A DNA stretch of 64,000 nucleotides, from assembly GCF_009914755.1 (NCBI RefSeq), contig NC_060926.1. One strand, written 5' to 3'. The position numbers were made by a program, and so were the translations under genes. This stretch comes from the human T2T-CHM13v2.0 reference genome, Homo sapiens. Under the pieces are notes generated by a model. That model did not search any database. It was not told where the DNA came from and worked only from the letters and a program-made list of their open reading frames with translations. This document shows positions 52,151 to 64,000 of the stretch, piece by piece; position 1 is the stretch's first letter; every line of letters begins with the position of its first letter.

Positions 52151-55100
52151 TGTATTCTAAAATATTAAAACTTTACCGTCTCCCAAAATATCTAGTACAG
52201 ACATGGGCATGCAATAGAAATACCAGGTGACTGGAGTACTGCCTGCTGAATACAAGTCCTGGGGTTATGGGATACAGATTTTCTCCTAATAAAACCTGAA
52301 ACAATCAATCAGAACTCTATGAGGTCTCCGATGTGCTTGCCTAACACATAAAAATGCCTGGGCGCAACCCAACCTCACCTAAAATGGGAGGATATCTGGG
52401 ATAGGCTCCTGCAGCATACAAAGTTGGATATATTGCAGGGTTTTCGAAATTCTTTCCACATTATCTAGGATGAGCTGCTGATAATAAACAAAAAGTTTTC
52501 ATTAAATATTTGTTAGATAATATGCCTATGACTGCTAGGTGCTATAAAGATTAAAATAATAAAAGATGGTCATGGCATTGCCTTTCTTAAAAAAAAATCA
52601 AACATAAAAGTAAACTTAAAAGTCAGGAAAAGATAAGTACAGTAATGACATCAAAATGAGCTTGGTTTTACAAAAAAAAAATTGTACAAAGGAGTTCAGG
52701 AGCTCCTGTGATATATGAAACTTGAAAAAAGGAAGGCCACTTATATAAATGCTTGTGTTTTCTTGAGTCTTTGAGATATTTAAATTCTATGGGAGCAAGC
52801 ATTATGAATGTGATTTTCAAATTACAACACCTAATTTGTTCTGACCCATCCTTGGTCACTGGTTGAATTTTTTATATCTCAAATGCCATCCTCAAATATG
52901 GGCCAATGTCCACACAGAGGTAACTTTCCATGTAAAAAATTGGCAGGAACAAGTGAGAAAGGGAGGTGCTTACACTGCCCTTTCTGTAGGACGTATTTGC
53001 ACTGACTGAGTTAATGTTTATGGGCTGTAGATATTCATTGAGACATAGTATGGGGTGGCTAAACTCAATGCCCTACAAAGAGAAACAAAAGGAGGAGCCT
53101 CGTCCATCATATTGCCAATAAAGAGCAGTAAAATTACTTGACAATATAAAGATAATACTTTGCTTTCCCACTGTGCTTGGTTCTTGCTAAAATGTTATTA
53201 ATGAAAGGAACTATTAGATCCCAGTAACAAGCTGTCATACAACTACTTTACCTACCTAATTTCCTTTCCCACTCACCCATAATATTTCCTGTTTCTATAC
53301 AGCAGTCATTTGGACTCTACAATATTTCAATCTGTCTCATCTCCATTATTGGTAGCACTACTCCCCAATCCACACTCCTGCTCTGTGCAAAACTCCTGTC
53401 TCCTCATTAATTCTATTTATTCAACTCCTTCAACCTTTGTCCAGAGGGTCTCTTTTCAGATCAGACATTCTGTTTTGTTTGTTAATTTATAGCTTTTGAC
53501 ATTTATTATTATCTTCCAATGAGACACAGAAAGAATATAAGAAGTTAAATGTTTTCACAAGCAACCCTAGATTCCTGTGTCCCTTTGCGGGGGAGGAAAA
53601 TAGAAAGAAATAAAAGCTGCCAGATAGAAGGCCTGAAATAAATGACCTGCACCACCCATAGGCAAATTCTACCTCTTTGTAAAGAATGTTTCATAGGAGG
53701 GAATCAATAAGAGCTGAATATGAAACATTGGTGCAGTGCACTAGCTAAGTTCAGTGAACTCCCAAGCTAATCCTGTGTTCTCAGAAGCTATAAGCGCCAA
53801 TCTCTTCACCTTTGCTCAGGGGGATGAGCTCACCACAGAAACTGGCCTGTTTTTTGACCTCAAAATCCAGTTGGGACAGGGTTGGGGGATGGCAGAAGCA
53901 ATGAAAGGGAAGGTTTCCAGGCCATTTGTTCTAAACTGAGGTGTGCTGGCAGAAGCGAAGGACAAGGTTGAGTCTCCATGGCCCTGAGCTGGGTCACACA
54001 GCTGGAATCACACTTTGCTCAACACAAACGTCTTTCACTTTTTCATTCACCCACAAGCAACACAAGGACTGCAACAGAACACTGATGAGAAGAAACAGGC
54101 CCAGCGCCACTGGTCACTGTCAGTATCTAGGCTACCTAGTAAAGCAACCCCCACACGACCCGGATGCTAAATAAACGTTTACATCAGCTCATGTTTCCCT
54201 ATGACTAGCTGATCAGTATATCGAATTGAAATATAATAAACACCAAAAGGAATGCTGGCAGGAGGCTCAGTATTTTCAGTTTTTGTACAGGTTTTTTGAA
54301 AATCACATCACATTTGTTCCCTTTAATGATACTGTTGTCTTACAGAAAAATACTCATTCACGTATTAAAATTTCATCACCATATCTAAAGCGACATTCCT
54401 TTTTAAAACAACAACAACAAAAACTAAACCAAACTTACTAAAAAGCCCCAAATGTCTACACTGAAGCAACTCAAATGAAATGGTCTAATCATAAAATTAA
54501 ACACATTACAGATGAGTTGATTTGAGGGCATTTAGTACATTTGAGTATACTCGATATTTCAGTTTCTTTAACCTACATTCCCTAAAAGTAACACTAAACA
54601 GTGGTTCTGTGTATATGACACAGTAAAAATGCATATATTTATTTCTGAGGCTGTATATTAGCTGATTGTGAATCACCCTTGAAAGTATGTTTTATAAAAT
54701 AATGTTCATGCAAATTCTACTAAATGTATGGTATACTTTATACAAATATTAAATATGAAGGGAACTGGTATATAAATAATCAATTGACTAGACTATGCAT
54801 TTAATATGTATTTCATGACATAATATTAGCTTTTATAGGAATCACTACTTGAAAAAGCAGACCATTAAACTGAATTTGAGTTTCAATGACTCAAGTTCTA
54901 GTTCCTTTTAAATGTGTCTGGACAATCTGGTTGTATCACTTGCTTCTCATCCATAAATTTTTTCTTACCATTTATGAAATGCTTGTTATGATAAAAATTA
55001 TTATACCACATATACATTTCTATTCCCATCCCAATCACCAATCGAATTTCTAAACTATATCCCTATGATCTAAAATAAACCAATTAAACAATAACAAACA

Positions 55101-56798
55101 AAACTTTATGCATCTACTTATTCATACTGATTACATATATTATTTTTCTTGCCTTGTCTTTACCACTAGTATATTAATTCTTAAGCCCAAGAACTTTGCA
55201 TTCCTACTGCTCTACTCCATCCTTTGCTTTAAGCACAAATTAGAAAGAATGTAAACCAACACTATAATTTGTCTCATGATAGCTCCAAGATGGTCTGATT
55301 TACTGTGTGGTAAGAATATCTCCTATCCTGCATTTCAATCTCCATCCAGGCCTTCAAATAATACTGTCTATCAGTTAATATACAGCATTCCCAGTTGAAT
55401 ATGATTCTCTAACAGTAGCAGACAGAATTGTTCTCTCGGTATCCTGTGGGGCCTAAGAGGACAGTCAAAATCTCAGCAACACTGTATTTTCCTTGCTTCT
55501 GTGCCATTCTAACAATTTCTTCCCCTGGGAAAGCCTCATCTTTTCCTTAGATTTGTGTTTCTGGACTCACTGATGAATTTAGATTCTATTCAAATGTGCT
55601 CGCACTGCTATGTTCTATTATGATCTGGAAAGTAACTATTATTGTTAGCAAGCAAATGTTAGAGTTTTTATTCCACTAACACATGCTTTGAGAATCCCTA
55701 AGTTCCTGTTTATGACTTTGCAGATAACAAACAAAACTATAAAGAGTGTAACTACTTATTGGGCCTTTAAAGACACGAGAGATAATTTATTAGAGGACAC
55801 GCTCAGTGTTCTGTCCAGGTGGTTGCTATCAATTACAAACAGAAGTCTTCCCAAATATTCACTTAATGAATAAATTGAAAGGAAGATCAAAATGTTTTTC
55901 ATCCACAGAAAGACCTTTGCCACAGCATTGATATGCTGGTACTTTTGTCTTAACGTTTTGGTCTCTTATAATCTCTTGTTTAAAAGTCAACTTTTTTATG
56001 TAAATGTCTCTCAGTTTATCCAGGGTGATTCTTTTCTGTTGGAATGAGAAGCATTATCTCTAAGCATGCATTTATGTGTTGTTTAATTGGGTGTGGTGTG
56101 GTTGTTGGCTCTGTGATAAGAAAGCGTCACAGTCTCCGACCTCTAGATGCTTAAAATCTAAGATGAAGTAAATATCCCAATATATTACTGTGGACCCAAA
56201 GCATAATGGGCCATTTAAAATCATTCTATGAACAAATCGACTGTCATTTTGACAGTACTGAGAACAACATATATCCCTTCACATTTCAGCTTGTGTTGGA
56301 TCATTAGGCACAAGTTTGAACAATTCCAGGGAAAACTTACAAACACATTTTGAAATAAAATTTGGATGTAAAATATCAAGACTTAACAGAAACATTTTAC
56401 AGAATGATTTACTTCACAAAATTATGTGGTCCGTACTTCTTTCAAATAACATATTTTCTGCTGGATTTAAGTAAGCTTAATTGACATGTTATCATTTATA
56501 TAGAAAATTAACATGTCCCTGATTTGTCAGGTACAACAAGAATGTACAAAGGAAGGGCCACATATACTGCAGGAATTTTAAGCTATTCTCTTATCTTTTA
56601 TTTCAGAGCATTCATAATTTTTAAATGTTGCAATAACCTTTTGAGGCAATACTGGTGACTTCTTCATTTGACTAAAACATCCTTGCATATCAACAATTGA
56701 ACAATTGAAACACTTTAACAAAATCTAATGTGTATATATATAATATTATATGTATTATATATGAAAAGTATGCATGTCATACCATACATATAGTGAGA

Positions 56799-56811
56799 TA
56801 TATATATATAT

Positions 56812-56842
<31 letters not shown>

Positions 56843-56848
56843 TACATA
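56799..56848. repeat. (TA)n(CA)n microsatellite
   Basis: Read directly from the sequence. Confidence 0.9.
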
Positions 56849-57924
56849 CTTATGCCATCAGAGAACATTTCATTTAGATTAGTATGAAAATTCAAAAAGG
56901 AGTTAAGTCTCATTTTTATGGAGCTACACCCACAAATCCCCCAGGCTACACTTAGTTAAAACTCTGAAAGAAATTTTATTCTGAGATTGAGCTCCTGCCA
57001 CATCACACTGTCAATATCCAATATTCTGAAGCTACAAGGGCCAGTGCCCACCGATCCTAGTCCCATTTAAGGAAATGCAATGCAATCTAATGCCAGTTCT
57101 CAAAGCACGTAAGTACATGCTGAAATCAAAGATTTAAGTGACCATTTATTTTGTCTTGTATCTGCCTGAGAAAACCCTTTGCCAGCCAATTTTCTCCTAT
57201 TAGAATTAGCTTTCAAAGTTAGAATGTCATTTGCATGCTTGCAGACAAAGCTAACAATTTCAAATCATGAAAATGTGTATTCTCAGATGGTGAATATTTG
57301 CTTTTTTAAGTACAGAGAGTAGAAACCGAGCTAGTCTTACTAGATTTTATATATTGCTTAAATTAACGGCCAAAAAAAGCCTCCAAGGGGTAAATTGCCT
57401 TTTTGTAATATTACCTTTAATTTCTTTTAGCAAATGGGATATGAGGTTTAAGTGGGTTGAAGAAAATCAAGTAAAATATTTATGGTATACAATTTTCTAT
57501 GGTCATATGCCTAAAAGCAAACATTTTGTGGTTAGTTTACTATGAATGTACCAGGGCTAGCAAGGGAGTCTTTTGCAAGACAGTTGATTTTTAGAAACGC
57601 TTACAGGTTGAAACTACAAGCTCCTAATAACATTTAACAATCAGAATTGCTTTGGAGACCAGCCTATGTTGGCTAACGCTGGCTACTTAGGCTCTGCAAA
57701 GTTTTTGTAACTATTTTGGCAACCAAGTACCATAAAACCAAGCATTCCATTTTACATCCAATGTGTCTGTGCTGGCATTAAGTAATACCAGGAGAGTATT
57801 TTAAAGGTTCAAGGTCAAATACTTGATATTCCATTGAGTAAAATATAAAAGAAAATACTGCACATCATCTAAATATCCTAAAAGGCTAAGTTCTAACCAG
57901 TATAAGTCCACAAGGGACAGAAAA

Positions 57925-58120
57925 GTAGCATGATGAAATAAAAAAGAACACTGGACTGAGAATTAGGCCTTGGGCAAATCAAATCCATTCTGAGTCTAGC
58001 TTCTCCACTTCTTCAAAGAGGGTAATAATACTGGCTTCACTGACCTCTTTGGATAAAAGCCTGCATGTAGAAATGCTTAAAAATGTAGACAATTTAATAC
58101 AAATATTAGATAATACTATC
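57925..58120 (+). mobile_element. MIR (MIRc-like)
   Basis: AAGAACACTGGACT..CCTTGGGCAAATC..GGGTAATAATAC..ATACAAATATTAG. Confidence 0.65.
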
Positions 58121-59181
58121 ATTTCCATTTCTCCTGATAATCATGCAGCAGGTCTCTGAACAAGACCTGTGTACTGTGTTATTCATAACATAACTTGAGA
58201 AGAGGTGGTAGTTTTTACACACCTCCTCCCCCCCTTTTTTCTTTACACTTGATCAGCTTCAGAGATACAGTCAGTTACTAAACTCCTCAGACACTTTTAG
58301 CAGCATCAGAAGCAGCTGCCACTTGCAAACCTGTCAGATTCCACAGGGACTAAGGATGTAAAAACAATGAGTCATTACAGGTGTGTCTGCCTTTTTCATT
58401 AAAAGACAAAATGAAAAGAAGATGAAATTCACCCAACTCAGTGTTTTTAAGGCAGAAAGTAAAGAGATCAACCAGGAAATACTTTATTCCTTTAATTCAT
58501 ATGACAGACATTCAAATATAACATAGTAATTGTTTTTAAATAGACTGTTACTGTGCTGGGTGCTCCCCCAGACTACGAAAAAGAGTGCTATCTAACTTCA
58601 AGGAACACACTGTTCGAGAATAACAATATGGGGCATAATGGTAGCATACAATTAATTCTAATTCCAGGTAGAACCTTGGTGAGACAAGAGGTAGTAAGAA
58701 GGCCACTGGAATGAACAAAAGGAAGGTGGCAGGATCCTTAAAAGGTTTAATGAAAGAGACAGAGATGACATTTGAGATAATTTTGAATGATTCCTGGGAT
58801 CCTGGTAGGAGAAATATCAATGAAGACAGAAACTAGAAAGAGGGATATGTTCAAAATTGAGAAGTCTAAGTTGTTTCAAGAATATCCTGCTACAGTTTCC
58901 CTGTCTACCCAAATGTGCATATGTTTGTGCAAGCTGCTGATGTTCGTTTGTTACAAAGGTGACATGAATAACCTAAATTTATAAAACATCTTTAAAACTG
59001 GCAAATAATACAGAATCTCTATGGATTACAAATAAAACATTTACTATACATGTAATCATGTTTTAGAAATTAAAAATAAATTAAAATATGCAAAACAAAG
59101 ATTACATATAATCCCACCACCCAGGGCTATTTTGATTTATGCCTTGCCAAGACTATGTCTCTGTACCTATATACATCTACA

Positions 59182-60452
<1,271 letters not shown>

Positions 60453-61109
60453 ATACAGATTGCTTTGTAATGTGGTTTTTTCACTTACTAGTATGTTTGA
60501 ATAACTTTTCATGACATTAAATATACAAAATACAACATAAAATTTACAATATAATTTTAATGGTTCCCTGATGTACTATTGTATATGTTGCCCATCAGTT
60601 TATTTTATGAGTCTATATTATTTCTTATCCAGTTTACCTTTATTTTCTTGTATAAACAATAATGGCATGGTCATCCTTTTAAATTAATCATTATTTCAGC
60701 TCTGAATATTTATTTAATTCTAGGATTCCAGTTACTGGGCTCTTCTAAACTGTCTTCCAAAGAGTTATACTGATTTTCATTCTTCACTAATGGGTTAGCC
60801 TTGGTCTACTCATGTTCTTTTTAATGTTGAATATTTAAGTTCTAATTTTTCTTACTACTAATATTTGAAAATATTTTTCTTTGAATATTAATTATGTTGA
60901 ACATTTAAAAATTTGTTTATTAACCACTTTTTTATATGATATGAAATGACTAATCTCCATTAAAATGTTACAAGTCTGTTTTGTGTGTTTTGTTCATCTT
61001 TGCTTTTCCGGTAACCATCCTCTGGGTATCTTTCTCTTAATTAATTGTAACCTCCTATGCATACTACACTAGGACACATTCTTAGGTTTAGGTGTTTATC
61101 CACACTTAG

Positions 61110-61616
61110 TGCCATAGACTATAAAGGGTCTGAGATTTTATACTACTTAAAAGGTAACAAGTTAACCTGCTGCAGTTTTATGAATGCTAGCACAAAATTC
61201 CAGAATCCTAGGCCAGAGATGAAGTTCATTACTTGTAGCAAAAGCAGCAGCCAGAGTATCAGCAATTTTTTGTGCTGGTTCCATAAACCTCATTTTCCTC
61301 AAGGAAATGCAAAGACAGCCATTTGGTAACTGCACTTACACTGGGTTGTGTTATAAGAGAACTCTGAGCTCAGAGAACCCAAATATTTTATAATGGGCAG
61401 TAAATCTGACTGCCCTTTGCTTCAGAGAGAAACATTATATTTATTATACTGAAGAATATATGCATGGAGGGAAACCCTATATCTGTGTTCCAAGGCCATT
61501 CAGGATACAAACATTCCTTGAAATGAAAGTCTGGGGAAAAAAAAAAAAGGACGTCAATGTCTTGCCAGGCAAACATGCAGAAATGCAAATGACACATAGG
61601 AAATTATCTCCAAGCG
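61110..61616 (-). mobile_element. ERVL solo LTR (LTR47-like)
   Basis: AAGGGTCTGAGATTTTA..AACAAGTTA..GCAGCCAGAGTATCAGCA..TATAATGGGCAGTAA..AATTATCTCC; perfect 5-bp TSD CTTAG at 61105-61109 and 61617-61621. Confidence 0.82.
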
Positions 61617-61932
61617 CTTAGCCCTGAACATGTAGAAGAGAATAAAAGATTTTGTGAAGGAAGGAAGGAGAGTGATTCAAAGGCATTCAGCACTCAAACT
61701 TGGTTCCAAACTTAGCCTTACCTGTGAAACCTCACGACAACAGTAACACACCAGCCAAATAAAAACGTAGCTTCTGGTCAAGCTGATTTCTAAAAACCAG
61801 ACTTTCTAAAGAGGTTATATAAATAGTGACTTTTCACTTTATAAAGCAATTCTCTACAGAATCTTTAAATATCAAGTTATTCTGGTATGATTGGAAAGTA
61901 AATTCATCTAAAAATATTTATGCCTTTTTATT

Positions 61933-62150
61933 CAGCATATTAGTTAATAGAGTATGCTCAGGATGAAACTGCCTCAATTCGGATCTGGCTCTGTGTGCTG
62001 GTTGAGTTATTCAGCATGCTTCAGTTCCCTCTGCTGTAAACTGGGGATACTGATGGCTATTAACTCCATCCTCACAGAACTAGTAAAAGGTGCTTTTGTC
62101 ACTGCATGATACATAGGAAACATTCAACAAATGTTAGTTGTTATTAATTG
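61933..62150 (+). mobile_element. MIR SINE
   Basis: GCTTCAGTTCCCT..TGTAAACTGGGGATA...TCAACAAATGTTAGTTGTTATT. Confidence 0.75.
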
Positions 62151-62384
62151 TATTACTATCACCGAAAAATAAGTCATTCAGTTGATATATTTTCTTCTGC
62201 TCTTTTCCTCTATGTTTACAATTAACTACAAAATGTTTTCTTTTCTTGAATGACAGGGTAGATGCTAAACAAAAGATTTACCAAAATCTAACTCTAATAA
62301 TAAATGGGTTAAGGTTTCACTCAAATTATAGGTTATTTCCAAAATTAGGAGAAGGGAAAATATTTTTTTAAAAAAAGGATGATA

Positions 62385-62660
62385 CACTTTGGGAGGCCGA
62401 GGAAGGCGGATCACTTGAGGTCAGGAGTTTGAGACCATCCTGGCCAACCTGGTGAAATCCCATCTCTACTAAAAATACAAAAAATTAGCCAGGTGTGGTG
62501 GCTCATGCTTGTAGTCCCAGCTACTCGGGAGGCTGAGGCAGGAGAATCACTTGAACCTGGGAAAAGGGGTTGCAGTGAGCCGAGATCATGCCACTGCACT
62601 CCAGCCTGGGTGACACAACGAGACTCTGTCTCAAACAAACAAACAAACAAACAGCAAAAG
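62385..62660 (+). mobile_element. 5'-truncated AluS (Sz/Sx-like) with (AAAC)n tail
   Basis: Begins at CACTTTGGG; 11-bp TSD AAAAGGATGAT at 62373-62383 and 62661-62671. Confidence 0.93.
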
Positions 62661-63199
62661 AAAAGGATGATGAATTCCTAAAGCTGGATTGTAGCACCTG
62701 CGATAACTTCTTTATTTCTATACTTTTGTATAGTGTGCTAACAAAGAACCCAAAAATAAGAAAAAAGAAAAAAGTTGTATAACATTTAAAGGTCTGTAAC
62801 ATACTATTCACTTAACACAAACAACCTATGAAGCTCAGGGATAGAGTATTCAAATATTTGTGGGGGGCAGCAGAGGGCTGCATGGCATTCCTCTCCAGAA
62901 TGTAATCATTATTTCTGGGTTATGGCTGGTTCTAAACCTAACAGTAGTGACTCATCCTTTTCCAGAGATTCTGAAGTAGATGGAAAATGCATACTTGAAG
63001 AAAAGGTGGTGAACAAAGAGAGAGAAAGACTAATAAATGGTGGCTCTATTGCAAAGGCAAAGCTGTTGAACAAAGTGGGGGAAATGAGAGAACTCTGTGC
63101 AAACTAACTCATAGCATTTTTTAAAGCTTCATTATGTTTCTGAGACTTGCGCTCTGATAATGTGTAAAGAACCATTTTTTCCCCTTTCACCACCGCCCC

Positions 63200-63360
63200 A
63201 TTCTGTTATCTGTTACGTCTATTTCATATTTGAGACAGATGAATTTTGGAAAAGTTATGTAATTTGGTCAAGATCATGCATGTAGTAAACAATACATTTA
63301 GGATTGAATTCTAGTTTAAAAAATCAGTTTTTGTGTTATTTTCACTGTAGTAATATAGCA
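63200..63360 (-). mobile_element. MIR remnant
   Basis: AAAGTTATGTAATTTGGTCAAGATCATGCATGTAGTAAA..AGGATTGAATTCTAG. Confidence 0.55.
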
Positions 63361-64000
63361 TCAGCTGAACTTGAATTCCAGCCAAGTGCTTGTTCTCCTA
63401 AAGCCTACATCGCAATCTACTGAAATAATTCTTGGCCAACCCAAGCATCAAATAAAGAATAACCTCACCTTCTGGTGCTCAGCCAGCATGGGGATTCTGT
63501 TAAATTGTGGGTGTAGCTGATATTCTTGGTTACCTGGGGATCCTTCTGCTAATTTTGGAACATATTTGGCTTTTCTTAAGCTCTCGGTCTGTGACTTTTT
63601 AAACTATTCAGCTGTATCCTGGCTATGTCCATGTCCTCAGAGAATAAAACAAAATCATAGATCAGGGTATTCTTTTTATTTTGTCCTGGACACTCTCATT
63701 CCCCAGATAAATCACAGGCACAGTCATAAATCTATGGAAAAGAACAGTACAATTTCCACTGGAAAGGCATTCTCTATCTTTTCCACATTGTATCCACTAT
63801 TCACAGTGAATTGCTACTAAGAACATTTTTCTCTCTAGTACTCTAGCTACATAAAACACTTGGTAATATACATACTAGTTTATTGTTCTTCACAGGCAAA
63901 CATAGTGCTACTTTTCCAAGTGTGGGAATAACTCATTCTGAACCACTGGTCCCCCAAAGGCATATCCATATCCCTTACCTTGGCTTTGACAGGAATTATA

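Noticed and set aside
63464-63640. Minus-strand donor AAG|GTGAGG with an open upstream frame
   Set aside because: No convincing acceptor before in-frame stops.

Overview
Primate (most likely human) AT-rich, CpG-depleted non-coding DNA, consistent with a large intron or gene desert. No supplied ORF is a credible protein: they are chance ORFs or translations of Alu, L1 and LTR sequence. I find no tRNA, rRNA, CpG island or CRISPR array and cannot name a host gene. The window is a mosaic of old repeats (MIR, L2, L1M, MER5A, MER20, MLT1), primate repeats (Alu/FAM/FLAM, L1PA, THE1, MLT2A1, LTR47, an LTR12 fragment) and several repeat-free, homeobox-motif-rich blocks that look like developmental enhancers. 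The most unusual structures are: (1) a 151-bp fold-back at 37921-38071 whose loop holds a 31-34 bp copy of sequence 1.8 kb downstream, bracketed by a 13-bp direct repeat; (2) a THE1 LTR fused head-to-tail to an MLT2A1 LTR, with one shared 5-bp TSD, inside a FAM; (3) a polyadenylated retrocopy of only the R region of an LTR12; (4) two tail-less Alu fragments inside MIRs. Repeat families and subfamilies were assigned from remembered consensus sequences, not a search, so subfamily calls and boundaries of old elements are approximate.
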